From a virus (lineage: Duplodnaviria; Caudoviricetes): 64,000 nucleotides of DNA. Both the position numbers and the translations under genes were made by a program. The notes under the pieces are model-generated. The model saw only the letters and a program-made list of their open reading frames with translations. It made no database searches and had not been told where the DNA came from. Positions 38,612-49,209 of this stretch are shown here, piece by piece. The stretch spans positions 1-64,000 of IMG/VR virus record IMGVR_UViG_3300033463_000011; one strand, 5' to 3'. Each line of letters begins with the position of its first letter. The first letter of the stretch is position 1.

Positions 38612-40579
38612 ATGGCTTCTAGCTATCCGAGAAAATATTATTCCACAAGTTATGACGATTTATCTACTATTCCTTTAGTTGAAGGAAATGTAATCGCTAC
38701 ATATGATGCTGATGGCATTTATTATGACATAGGAGTTCCTGCAGGTAGCGGTCAAAATCTTGTAAGACGAAAAGCAAGAGGAATTGAATATATTGCAGCT
38801 GCTGATTTAAGTGCTCATCAAGAACCTGAAACTATTTTTGTTGTGAATACAGGTACAGGTACTGATGCAGATGGCAATACATTTCCTATGTATTCAGGAT
38901 ATATTTGGGATATAACATTACAAGATCATGTTAATATATTTAACAACTCTACAGATTTCCAAGTAAAGTCAGTAAGCAATGCAACTACTCAAGCATATAT
39001 AGTAGGTAGCGTTGCATCTACTACTAATGTTGGTACATTAATTAAAAATCCTAACATATATATCACATCTACCGATAACAAAATTCACGCAGACCTTGAA
39101 GGTACTGCGGATATTGCTTTGCAGTCGAGTCATTCATCAACTTCAGATATTGCAACTAGTGCAACATATGATAATCCAGATAACAATGTAACTCCGCATA
39201 AGATAACAAAATATCTATACGATGTTACTAGCGATGCATCGACTAACTTAGGTTCAACACTTACATTTACGCTAGGCGATGAGAGCGTAAAAACTGTGAG
39301 AGTTAGCGATACAACATATTCGATATTTACTTCTAGTACATCTGGCTTAGTTCCTGATACATCTACAACAGTTCAATCCGACAGCACTGGGGTATTATTA
39401 TCTGGCAGTGGTTGGCTTGCTACATCGTTAATTCCTGCAGGAAAAGACGGTGATGGAAATGTTATCACTGAAACATACTATGCAGATGCGACATTTGATA
39501 CCAACACAAAAGACCTAACATTAACAAAAGGTGATGGATTACACGTTACTGTAGTTCCTATACCTTATACCGATACTGTTTTTGATACCTCAGACCCTGG
39601 ATTAGTTCCTTCAGCACCTAGCAGCGATGCTTCAATAAAATTCCTTAAAGGCGACGCTACTTGGGGTACAATAACAACATATCAAGGGGCGTCAGTTGGA
39701 TCTGCGGGTGTAGCTGGATTAGTTCCTGCAGCAGCTTCTGGAGAAACAAATTATTTTCTTAGAGGTGATGGTGATTGGGGAACGACTTTTGATGCAAGCA
39801 ATGACGGATTAGTGCCTAATACATCCGCTGCAACTGCTGGTGATATATTAAGCACATCCGGTTGGGTACCTCAAAATTCTACAGGATCTAACGATTATAA
39901 TTTAGGAAATACTTCAAACTTATATCTTGTAGGTGCTATATCTCAAGCGGCATCTGCTCAAACATATGCTGACCAAAGAGTATTTGCTAACAGCGGTAAG
40001 TTATATAGCAACAGCATAGAAGTAGTAAATTTATCTGATACACAATCGCTTACTAACAAAACATACAACGGATATACTTTAGGTGCAGCTTGCGAAAAAT
40101 CAGTAACTACCTCTTTAGATTCCTCTTCACCCTCCACTAATTTACCTACAAATGGTGCAGTTAGAGGTTATGTAGCAGATGAAGTAGATTCAAAATTAGA
40201 TGTTTCGATAGTTGCAGACATCTATGATGATACATCCACATCTTACGCAGTAGGCGATTATCGTATGTATGATGATGGTAATGGTTATGCTCTATATCAA
40301 TGTAATACTGCAATATCATCACCTGCTGGTTCTTTTGATGATACAAAGTGGGATTCTAAATTAATCACTGGATTAGATACTTGGTTATCCGGAACATTAA
40401 CTTCTGGCCAAACATCAGTAACACTTTCTAATGCAGCTATCAAAGTAGGATCTATGCTAGAGATTTATACAGATGTATATGGTATAGAACCTACAAATGT
40501 AGCGGTAACTGCAGGTCAGGTAGTGCTTACGTTTGTGGCACAAGGCTATGATATTAATGTCAAAATAAAGGTAATTTAA
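38612..40579 (+). CDS. Tail fibre protein
   Basis: GLVP...FL.GDG.W repeats; C-terminus like 17835 ORF. Confidence 0.8.
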   Translation: MASSYPRKYYSTSYDDLSTIPLVEGNVIATYDADGIYYDIGVPAGSGQNLVRRKARGIEYIAAADLSAHQEPETIFVVNTGTGTDADGNTFPMYSGYIWDITLQDHVNIFNNSTDFQVKSVSNATTQAYIVGSVASTTNVGTLIKNPNIYITSTDNKIHADLEGTADIALQSSHSSTSDIATSATYDNPDNNVTPHKITKYLYDVTSDASTNLGSTLTFTLGDESVKTVRVSDTTYSIFTSSTSGLVPDTSTTVQSDSTGVLLSGSGWLATSLIPAGKDGDGNVITETYYADATFDTNTKDLTLTKGDGLHVTVVPIPYTDTVFDTSDPGLVPSAPSSDASIKFLKGDATWGTITTYQGASVGSAGVAGLVPAAASGETNYFLRGDGDWGTTFDASNDGLVPNTSAATAGDILSTSGWVPQNSTGSNDYNLGNTSNLYLVGAISQAASAQTYADQRVFANSGKLYSNSIEVVNLSDTQSLTNKTYNGYTLGAACEKSVTTSLDSSSPSTNLPTNGAVRGYVADEVDSKLDVSIVADIYDDTSTSYAVGDYRMYDDGNGYALYQCNTAISSPAGSFDDTKWDSKLITGLDTWLSGTLTSGQTSVTLSNAAIKVGSMLEIYTDVYGIEPTNVAVTAGQVVLTFVAQGYDINVKIKVI

Positions 40580-40581
40580 TT

Positions 40582-42657
40582 ATGGGACAAAGTACAGTAG
40601 GGCCATCCCCTATAGTTAGTTTTACTACAGCTTATGCTAAACCATTAACACGATGCCTCGTAAACATCAAGGCAACGGGCGGAAATGGCACACCATCGGC
40701 ACCCGTGCCGATTGTTGGCTTTTCGAGTGCGAATATTTATCACACGGGAGCGAATGTTTGGGATGAACAAACCGAGGGTGGCTCAATCAATGCATCAACA
40801 GGCGAAACAAAAAATGACAACAACGCAATAAGGTCAACACATCTTTGCCCTTGTTCTCCAAATGCAGAGTATTGTCTTGTCAAGCCTGCGGGAACTTGGC
40901 TCGGTATTTTTTGGTATGACGAAAATGAAAATTATATAAGTTATTATGCCTTCCAAAGCCAAGCAAATAAGACACAAACGTCACCATCAAACGCAAAATT
41001 TTTTAAGGTTGCAATAGGCAATAGTGCCGTGCCTGTTACAACATACGGAAACGATACAAGTATAAACTACCCAAGCACAGATACAACCTACCACGCTTAC
41101 AATCAATCAAGCGACACTCACACAATCGACCTCGGGCAGACTGTCTACGGGGGTTATATTGACTTGATAACAGGGGTGTTGACGATAACGCACGAAATAA
41201 TAGATTTAGGCAATTTAACTTGGTCATATTTTACTGCTCAAAATCGCTTTGCAACTAAATTATTAGACGGAAAATATACGGGCGTAATAACAGGTTTAGA
41301 TACTGCGCTTTGTTCTGAATATGAAATATCAAGCGTTAGATTTGAAAATCTTGGAGATAAAAAAATATCAGTAGGAAGTAATTTTTATAATTCTACAACA
41401 TGTGCTATTGTTGTTCATGATGAAGATTATACAGATGCTGACCTATTCAAGACAGCTCTGCAAACTGATAATGCTAAATTAGTCTATGAATTAGCAACTC
41501 CCATAACGGTTCAACTTTCACCCGAAGAAATAACCGCATTTCTTGGTATCAATAATTTTTGGAGCGATACAAATGGGGATATTTCAGTAGATTATATATC
41601 TTTTTTGAACTATTATAAATGCGGTCAAATATTTGTAACAGCTAATAGTAATGTTGGTTTAATCACGACCTCGCCTGCACCGATAGCCAACTTTGATACA
41701 GACCTTGCTCTGCCCTTGAAGTCGCTTGTCGCTAACATCAAGGCAACGGGCGGAAACGGCACACCAACGACACCCGTGCCGATTGTCGGCTTTTCGAGTG
41801 CGAATATTTACCACAGAGGCAAAAATCTGATTGATTTATCAAGTTTGGTTGCAGGCTATGTCAATTCAGACGGAACCTTCAACACTTCGCAAACACAAGG
41901 CGAAATGAGAAGCGGTTTTATATCTGTAAAACCAAACACGACTTATTATTTTTCAATCAAGGAAACAAGTTCAAGTTATAATGCTTGGCTTAGAGTAGGT
42001 CAATATTCAAGCGAGGACACGTCTTCGTTTATTCAGAGCAATTCTTATTGGACTTTTACAACAACGGCAACAACAAGATACATTGTTATTTCAGCCAGAA
42101 ACCTTGCAGACGCAACTAAAATTCAATTGGAATTAGGAAACACTGAAACCGCATACGAACCCTATCAAGGCAACACGCACACAATCGACCTCGGACAGAC
42201 TGTTTACGGCGGTTATTTGGATTTAATAACAGGGGTGTTGATGATAACACACAGCACATTACTTGATTTAGGTAATATCAATTGGACTAATATCACGGCA
42301 AATGGAACTGTTAGTACAGAATCACAATCGGCTTACAAGTTTAAGGGTGATGTTGTTTGTGATAGTTATGACCCATATTTAGGCGGTCTGTATGAATTGC
42401 CCGACAACTCAATAGGTGTTACTAATTCGCAGGCGAACCCTTTTATCCGTTTAAGAGATACGACTAATTTAGGCGGTAAAACACTTGATGAGGCTAAAAC
42501 CTTTTTAAGCGGTAAAACGGCAGTTATTGAACTCGCAACACCCGTTTCAATTCAGTTAACACCCGAAGAAATAACCGCATTTATAGGTTCAAATAATTTT
42601 TGGAGCGATACGAATGGGGATATATCAGCGAGTTATCTAAAAATCCTTTCTTCTTAA
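40582..42657 (+). CDS. Receptor-binding-like protein, two tandem modules
   Basis: Near-identical DNA blocks near 40663/41734, 41119/42178, 41521/42562. Confidence 0.7.
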   Translation: MGQSTVGPSPIVSFTTAYAKPLTRCLVNIKATGGNGTPSAPVPIVGFSSANIYHTGANVWDEQTEGGSINASTGETKNDNNAIRSTHLCPCSPNAEYCLVKPAGTWLGIFWYDENENYISYYAFQSQANKTQTSPSNAKFFKVAIGNSAVPVTTYGNDTSINYPSTDTTYHAYNQSSDTHTIDLGQTVYGGYIDLITGVLTITHEIIDLGNLTWSYFTAQNRFATKLLDGKYTGVITGLDTALCSEYEISSVRFENLGDKKISVGSNFYNSTTCAIVVHDEDYTDADLFKTALQTDNAKLVYELATPITVQLSPEEITAFLGINNFWSDTNGDISVDYISFLNYYKCGQIFVTANSNVGLITTSPAPIANFDTDLALPLKSLVANIKATGGNGTPTTPVPIVGFSSANIYHRGKNLIDLSSLVAGYVNSDGTFNTSQTQGEMRSGFISVKPNTTYYFSIKETSSSYNAWLRVGQYSSEDTSSFIQSNSYWTFTTTATTRYIVISARNLADATKIQLELGNTETAYEPYQGNTHTIDLGQTVYGGYLDLITGVLMITHSTLLDLGNINWTNITANGTVSTESQSAYKFKGDVVCDSYDPYLGGLYELPDNSIGVTNSQANPFIRLRDTTNLGGKTLDEAKTFLSGKTAVIELATPVSIQLTPEEITAFIGSNNFWSDTNGDISASYLKILSS

Positions 42658-42803
42658 AAATAGACATAGACCACCCCCCACACCTCTCTCACATACTTTA
42701 TTGCTAGCAATTCGTGACATAAGAGTATAGGCGAGCATACTATGTGAGCCTTTACCTTTTCTAACCTTTTATTTCTATATAGGATAATATAAGGAGAATT
42801 ACT

Positions 42804-44786
42804 ATGCCTCAAGAAATTTATAACGAAGGTAGAGTTGTAGGACTTTCTGCTTGGGAGATATTTGCTAAGACTAAATTAGACGGAGGAACTCCACCAGAGG
42901 ATATACCTAATGAACGTGAATGGTTAGCTAGTATGATAGGTAGCGGTGCTTCTATGATACTTAGAGTTCCTGCACATTCATCTGGCGTATTAGATTTTGA
43001 ATTGCCTGAAAATTCCAACTTAACTGCAGCTGGAGCAATATTAGCTACTCCATTTATTGGATCATGCGATTGGACCGATACTGCTCCCTATTGGGCAAAA
43101 AGAGTAAAGTCTTATGGAAGACATCTTATATTGAATGATAGTGATGACGGATATCCTTCTGCGGACGGAACATCCGTTCCTTTTTATAATACTTCTCCTT
43201 CAGCATACTCTGGGGTAGTTAAAGAATATGTTAAAATTACCGATGGCATTGTTTATACTAAAAAAGCTAGATGGGCACCTATTGGAGGAAGTCCTGCAGC
43301 TATTTCACCTTATGAAGATATAGTAGATACTAATTTTAATGAGTCTACTACAGTTATTCGATTATATATCAGCGATGAAATTGATGTGAATGTCGATATA
43401 TTATTTACAGGATTTGCCAACAAGCGAATAATTGAAGGATTTGCAGCACACGCTGAGGACGAAGGAGACCACACAGTAGGCGGTTCTTGTGATATCGATA
43501 ATAATGATTGGAAGAACGGCGGTATGCTTGGCCCAGAAATGATTCCTTGGGCAAGCAAAATTATTTTCAGTGTTCCTAATCTTGCGTATGAAGGTACTAG
43601 TTCTTTACATAGATTAATTCCATCAGACCAATCTTATGTTGCTGAGAAGATAGCAAATGCGTACACATTTCAATATGCAGACCACGAAGTAACATCAGCT
43701 CCATTAATTGATTTTGATTCTATAAATTTAGTAGATTATTATAATGAACATGCTTCAGAATTCTTAGGATCTGTTACATTAGCTACATCAGTTTCAGATA
43801 ATCCTAGCAGATGTAACTATATTGTAGCTTGGTATCCTGGAATGACTGCCGCAAATATTAATGCTACTAAAGCTTTAACTTATGATACAGAGAAAAAAGC
43901 AAGATTTTTTCCTCCTGCAATCTATGGGCAGCAAATATCTTCCAATGGAAATAAGACATTAGTCCCTTTAGATGTTGCAGCACCTGGTACAGTTAAAGGA
44001 TTTACAGATTCGTTCCAGGCATACAATTATAAGAATTTGATGCCAGATAATTATGCTATATATCATGACACTGTTAATAACACATTTTCATTTGCTATAA
44101 ACAATACTGATTCTGCTAGTTGGCCAGGAACAGCTACTATAACATATGAATCCACAGGTCCTTTAGCTAATATATTAGTAGGTACTAAAAAAGTAAAAGC
44201 ATTGTCCTTTGTAAATTCATCAGGAATTGCTTATAGCACTGCAGGACAAGCAGGTACAATTAACAAAGGGCCTACAGTTCAATCTCCAGAAAATTATATC
44301 TGCTGGAATGACATGATTAATGCACTGCAGAACAATAAATCTGTTGACACATTAGGTCCTTGGTTAAGAACAATAGGTTTAGAATTAAGTTTTAACTCAG
44401 CTACATCAATCGGAAGTGCACATACATTAGGATTAAAAGATACTCTTGTAGGCGATTCCGAAACATCAGGACATATTGATTATATAGGCTCAAAATACAT
44501 ACTTCTGAATCCAGGGTCATCCGCAGATTACTACTGGACAAGTCCTACACACAGTATATGGTTAGGTTCTCAAACAATGAGTGATGATGGACTTAAATAT
44601 TTAAGACTTAATTACGGATACAACCAAGATACTCATACCGATATGAATGCCTCAATATATTTAGGAACTAATTTTATAAGATTTACAGGAACTCAAAATG
44701 ATCCTGATGGAATAAAATTATATGTATCTACAGTAAATCCAGGTACATCTGGAGTTCCAAATAATTCAATAGGATTAGGTTGGTAA
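42804..44786 (+). CDS. Virion/baseplate-tail protein
   Basis: GLSAWEI...EWLAS motif; late-type promoter. Confidence 0.6.
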   Translation: MPQEIYNEGRVVGLSAWEIFAKTKLDGGTPPEDIPNEREWLASMIGSGASMILRVPAHSSGVLDFELPENSNLTAAGAILATPFIGSCDWTDTAPYWAKRVKSYGRHLILNDSDDGYPSADGTSVPFYNTSPSAYSGVVKEYVKITDGIVYTKKARWAPIGGSPAAISPYEDIVDTNFNESTTVIRLYISDEIDVNVDILFTGFANKRIIEGFAAHAEDEGDHTVGGSCDIDNNDWKNGGMLGPEMIPWASKIIFSVPNLAYEGTSSLHRLIPSDQSYVAEKIANAYTFQYADHEVTSAPLIDFDSINLVDYYNEHASEFLGSVTLATSVSDNPSRCNYIVAWYPGMTAANINATKALTYDTEKKARFFPPAIYGQQISSNGNKTLVPLDVAAPGTVKGFTDSFQAYNYKNLMPDNYAIYHDTVNNTFSFAINNTDSASWPGTATITYESTGPLANILVGTKKVKALSFVNSSGIAYSTAGQAGTINKGPTVQSPENYICWNDMINALQNNKSVDTLGPWLRTIGLELSFNSATSIGSAHTLGLKDTLVGDSETSGHIDYIGSKYILLNPGSSADYYWTSPTHSIWLGSQTMSDDGLKYLRLNYGYNQDTHTDMNASIYLGTNFIRFTGTQNDPDGIKLYVSTVNPGTSGVPNNSIGLGW

Positions 44787-44792
44787 TAAATT

Positions 44793-46598
44793 ATGGCAAG
44801 TAATCCTTGTTCTTCGCATATAAATTGTAAATTACATGGTGATAACGTCGCAAATTGCGGGCCGTATCCCCAAATATACGCAGATTTCACTATAACATTT
44901 ACTCGACAATCCTCTCCTCCTAGTCAAGTTAACTGGGCAATTACAGGGATGGATAGAAATACATGTTTTCCAAATCCTAACGGAGATTACGGACAAAATT
45001 GGTACGGGTTTGTTTTCAACGCTTATGTAAGCGTAAATGGCTCTGACGAAGATCTATTATCTTCAAGTTCAAATTTAAGCCCATTGATTGCAAAAGTAGC
45101 TAGCCCATATCAAGATCTTAATTGGTGGAAAAGTACATATGCAACTTTATACACTCCTAGCGGAACTTTAACATCTACATATAATACAACTACTATAAGT
45201 TTATATGTTGAGAACAAGCATGATTGCACATATAATAGTAAATATTGCTATAGGTTAGGCAATATAGGAACTTATATGCGAATAGCAACGTTTACTGTAG
45301 ATATTCCTGATGGCGATTATACAATATCCTATAATACTAATGGCGGATTACCTGCAATTAGTTCTCAAAAGAAATTAACAACTTCACCTTTAACACTTAC
45401 CAGTTCTGTTCCTTCTAAGACATTTGAAGTAGTTTATTATAATGCAGATAGGTCTACTATAAGGTTTGCAGATATAATACCAATGACCTTTGGTACTACA
45501 AGTGAAAATAAATGGAAATGTTCTGCAGATAATAATTTATATGCACCAGGTTCGTCTTATAGCATAAATCAAAGTTGTACTATGACTGCAAATTGGGTTG
45601 CAAAATTTAATTTAATTGATATGCCTGATGCATATTATAGACTGACATATAATTATAGAGGTGGTTCTGATTCTCGTGAGTATGATGATGTAGCACGAGG
45701 CTCAAAATGTTACGTCGATGTGAATTCACAATATATAGGTGATCCAGATGAAGAATATACTACTGATTTTAATCCTGTGGGTCAATTAAATCTATATCCG
45801 TCTTATGGCTCAGCCACATATCCTGTATCTAATATGCCAGTTCCTACCAGAAGTGGTTATTCTTTTGTTGGTTGGTATAAAGATCCTCAATTAACTCAAA
45901 AAATAACTAGTGTTCTTATTATGGATGGTGATACAACCATATATGCAAAATGGGAACCTTCAACAATTCACTACTTTGGTCCGGATTGGACTACTTCTAC
46001 AGATTTCACTTGGAGATATGTAGACGGTGCTTGGCATAAGATTGGACACATGTACAGATATGATGCTTCGCAAGGTAAATGGATTGATTTAATCCCTGCA
46101 CCTCAGCCCGCTGTTGTATTTAAAGCAGGGGAAGGACTTACTCCTTATTATGATGAAGGTACAATAAATCTTTATAATGGTAATATATCCTTTTGGCACG
46201 TCCAGCAAGATTATATTTTAAAACCAGCAGGGTTCATGGATAAAAATAATGCTATGATAACATTTGGTGGTGAGTGTGAACGAGGTAATTATCGCTATCT
46301 ATGTTGCGAAGGTGAAGTATGGGACGGTAGCGATGGTCCCTTCAATAGTTGCAGTATTAGTATTAGAGCTAAGAGAAAGGGCAAGGGTGACTCCGCTGAC
46401 AACAGACCTGCCCCAGAGTTGATGGCATATTTAGTAAATTATGCAGATCGTTCTAATGCCGCAGGTACATCTCCTTGGTACAACGTAGACAAAACTACTA
46501 TAAGAATAGATTTATCACAATTTATTGCAGAAACATTCTATATTAGTATTCACGGATGTGATTGCCAAGCAAAAATTTATAACATCTGGTTTGAATAA
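44793..46598 (+). CDS. Virion protein with InlB B-repeat-like domains
   Basis: PTRSGYSFVGWY...TIYAKW. Confidence 0.7.
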   Translation: MASNPCSSHINCKLHGDNVANCGPYPQIYADFTITFTRQSSPPSQVNWAITGMDRNTCFPNPNGDYGQNWYGFVFNAYVSVNGSDEDLLSSSSNLSPLIAKVASPYQDLNWWKSTYATLYTPSGTLTSTYNTTTISLYVENKHDCTYNSKYCYRLGNIGTYMRIATFTVDIPDGDYTISYNTNGGLPAISSQKKLTTSPLTLTSSVPSKTFEVVYYNADRSTIRFADIIPMTFGTTSENKWKCSADNNLYAPGSSYSINQSCTMTANWVAKFNLIDMPDAYYRLTYNYRGGSDSREYDDVARGSKCYVDVNSQYIGDPDEEYTTDFNPVGQLNLYPSYGSATYPVSNMPVPTRSGYSFVGWYKDPQLTQKITSVLIMDGDTTIYAKWEPSTIHYFGPDWTTSTDFTWRYVDGAWHKIGHMYRYDASQGKWIDLIPAPQPAVVFKAGEGLTPYYDEGTINLYNGNISFWHVQQDYILKPAGFMDKNNAMITFGGECERGNYRYLCCEGEVWDGSDGPFNSCSISIRAKRKGKGDSADNRPAPELMAYLVNYADRSNAAGTSPWYNVDKTTIRIDLSQFIAETFYISIHGCDCQAKIYNIWFE

Positions 46599-46830
46599 GG
46601 AGTATTCTTTATGGATAAAGATACAGAGCAGACAAATGACGAAATCAGAAAACTAGCAGAGGAAGTTGAAAAACTCAAACAAGAGATAATAAGGCTTCAC
46701 GCTATTTCTGATATTAAGAATGATTCTTATTCTAATATTCCAGTAAATTGCAGAAATTGTAGCAACCATCCGTCAAATGGTGGTAGTGGGGTCTGTCACT
46801 GTATCTTAGGTTCACAGGTAGGTTATTGAT

Positions 46831-47301
46831 ATGAAAATCTATGCTAAATCAAAGGGCAACAAAAATGACGAGTATTATAATCGACTTCCATTACCTTCAC
46901 AAGTAAAACGGTTAGGTAAATATTTAGAAGACAATCTTGTAGGTGTAGATCATACAAAATCACATCAGCCTCCAAATGAATACATAATTTATGATACTAT
47001 TTTATATCAGATAAAGAAATCGCTTCGTCAAGAAATGAAACAGTATCCTGAATTAGAAGGTGTAGAAGAAAAAATATATACCGCAAACTTATATTTTAAT
47101 ATAACAACATATCAACAATATATACGACTTGATGTAATTAAGCTTGATAAATATGAAAAGACATTAGGATACTTAAGATTTGAGCCTAAAGACCTGATCA
47201 GTTTACCTTATTGTAAAAAGAAATTATTGGATTATGTTAAGAAAGTAATTGGTAAAGAATATAAAGGCTATGACGTTTTGTTAGTTGATGAGGACATATA
47301 A
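46831..47301 (+). CDS. Hypothetical, MKIYAKS N-terminus
   Basis: Intact ORF in operon. Confidence 0.7.
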   Translation: MKIYAKSKGNKNDEYYNRLPLPSQVKRLGKYLEDNLVGVDHTKSHQPPNEYIIYDTILYQIKKSLRQEMKQYPELEGVEEKIYTANLYFNITTYQQYIRLDVIKLDKYEKTLGYLRFEPKDLISLPYCKKKLLDYVKKVIGKEYKGYDVLLVDEDI

Positions 47302-47643
47302 ATGCGTACACTTAATCTGCCAGATACTAATCATTTCTATGCTCCTGCAGATGATGAATGTTGGATTATTTTAGCTAAAGAAATAATGGGATCATATTCT
47401 CAGCAATATGCTAACCAAATTGTATATAGTGCATTCAGCCAAGAAGAATATGATAGATTAGATAGGCAAAGATGTGTACCTCAGAGACGAAGCATATTAC
47501 GCAAAGTTAAACATGGTCCATTAAAAAATATTATAGATATGCCCTCAGTATATCGCGCATTTGAAATCAAAAGATTAGAGAATTTAAAGTCATTAGGAGT
47601 ACAGTGGGAGGATAAATATTTTGAAAATATCGAAGACCTCTGA
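47302..47643 (+). CDS. Hypothetical
   Basis: SD GAGGA. Confidence 0.7.
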   Translation: MRTLNLPDTNHFYAPADDECWIILAKEIMGSYSQQYANQIVYSAFSQEEYDRLDRQRCVPQRRSILRKVKHGPLKNIIDMPSVYRAFEIKRLENLKSLGVQWEDKYFENIEDL

Positions 47644-48232
47644 ATTTAATTATACAGATATGTTAGAAGCAATCAAGATGTTGGGGTTTGAACATCTTGA
47701 AATGAATTTCTTTAGACGAGTCGAAGAAATAGATATAGATTCTAATTTAGTATTATATTGCGAAATATATGATGATTGCGCTAAAGTAGATGTTTATGAA
47801 GATGCAACTCAAATAGATTCACAATCATTTAAGAGACCTATAAAATTAATAGATTACATTGAGAATCTTTTAAAATCTTATGATATTGAAAGTATTAAAT
47901 TAGTGCCCCGCGAAGACGACAATTCTACTTCAGTATTTGGGGCAACTACACGAGATTTTGCAAAGAAGTTACTTAGAGTTAAATCATCAAATGTATGGAG
48001 TTATGCATTTCAACCAAAAACAGAACAAATCGGCGACTTGCTAATGCAATTTAAGGGAGATAATGGAGGTCCGGGAGATATTTATATCTATTATGATGTC
48101 CCTAGCAAGATATGGCGAAAGCTAGTTGCTGCCCCTTCGAAAGGACACGCATTTTGGGAATATATAAGGAACATATTTAAATATGCTAAATTAACAGGCG
48201 ACAAGAGGACGCATTTACCGAATGGAATTTAA
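47621..48232 (+). CDS. Protein with C-terminal KTSC-like domain
   Basis: VKSSNV...L..QF...Y.YYDVP...L..APSKG..F...IR. Confidence 0.7.
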   Translation: MKISKTSEFNYTDMLEAIKMLGFEHLEMNFFRRVEEIDIDSNLVLYCEIYDDCAKVDVYEDATQIDSQSFKRPIKLIDYIENLLKSYDIESIKLVPREDDNSTSVFGATTRDFAKKLLRVKSSNVWSYAFQPKTEQIGDLLMQFKGDNGGPGDIYIYYDVPSKIWRKLVAAPSKGHAFWEYIRNIFKYAKLTGDKRTHLPNGI

Positions 48233-48257
48233 TTAAATAATATAAAGGAGAACAATT

Positions 48258-48509
48258 ATGCACTACTTAGTAATTGAAATTCAAACAAACGAGGGAGTTA
48301 TGTCTGTACTGAATTATCAGTATAATGATTTACCTACTGCAGAACAGCAGTATTATCTTATCCTTTCATCTGCTGCAGTAAGTACATTAGATGTTCATGC
48401 CGCTATGATCGTAGATGAGAATGGTTTTGTAATCAAAAACAACAGTTATAGACATACTAAAGCACCTGACATTGAACCTGAAATTGAATCTGAACCTGAA
48501 GAAACCTGA
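48258..48509 (+). CDS. Hypothetical
   Basis: SD AAGGAG. Confidence 0.7.
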   Translation: MHYLVIEIQTNEGVMSVLNYQYNDLPTAEQQYYLILSSAAVSTLDVHAAMIVDENGFVIKNNSYRHTKAPDIEPEIESEPEET

Positions 48510-48514
48510 TAGTT

Positions 48515-48847
48515 ATGAAAATATACGCATCAAAACAGCCCACACTTGATACATTTGTTGGAAGAGATGTTTGGGTTAAAGTAAATATCATGACAGATGA
48601 AGGATTTCCAATATCTTTTTTACACGCGTATTATTGGATCCGAGTTATTTCAAAAAGATGTCTGGATTCAGAAACAGTATATAAAATAAACAGATTATCT
48701 GATTGGGATTTAGATGACGAAAATCATTATGACGGATCAGTTCCGCAGGATTGGGCATTAAATAACACAGAGGAATATCTTGAAGGATATATCAATCTAG
48801 TTAAGCCTGTAGAAGCACTTCCTACATCGGAGATATTTGAAGAATGA
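48515..48847 (+). CDS. MKIY-family protein
   Basis: F.G.D.WV motif shared with 48844 ORF. Confidence 0.7.
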   Translation: MKIYASKQPTLDTFVGRDVWVKVNIMTDEGFPISFLHAYYWIRVISKRCLDSETVYKINRLSDWDLDDENHYDGSVPQDWALNNTEEYLEGYINLVKPVEALPTSEIFEE

Positions 48848-49209
48848 AGATATATTGTAGTGGGTTACAGCCTGTAACTGAAGAACTTATCGACAAATTT
48901 ATCGGCAAAGATATTTGGGTTAGAACTTGTTATGTTACTTATGGAACTCAATGGATGAAGTTTCTGTCTAAAAAAGTGGATGTAGACAAGCGAGGATTCA
49001 AATTTGTATATTGTTTAGTATCTCGAATTGCTCAGAAATATGTAGAAAACACGTATATCGGAGATTCTGACGATGTACAGAAAATACTAGACTCAATGGA
49101 AGATAGTCCAATGTTCATAGATATACGAAACTTGAGATTTGACTATCCTCCAGAAGTTTTAACAGAAGATGAAATTATAGAGATAGTAAAATCAAATGCA
49201 CAAGGATAA
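48844..49209 (+). CDS. MKIY-family protein
   Basis: Paralog of 48515 ORF. Confidence 0.7.
   Translation: MKIYCSGLQPVTEELIDKFIGKDIWVRTCYVTYGTQWMKFLSKKVDVDKRGFKFVYCLVSRIAQKYVENTYIGDSDDVQKILDSMEDSPMFIDIRNLRFDYPPEVLTEDEIIEIVKSNAQG

Larger units (their letters stand above)
17797..42775 (+). promoter_or_regulatory. Dispersed motif AACCTTWWWT (putative late promoter) at 17797, 27932, 34625, 38554, 42762
   Basis: Precedes virion/lysis operons and the HNH gene. Confidence 0.55.

Noticed and set aside
40582-42657. Diversity-generating retroelement TR/VR pair
   Set aside because: Differences between repeats are not adenine-specific, both copies are in one ORF, and there is no reverse transcriptase in the window.
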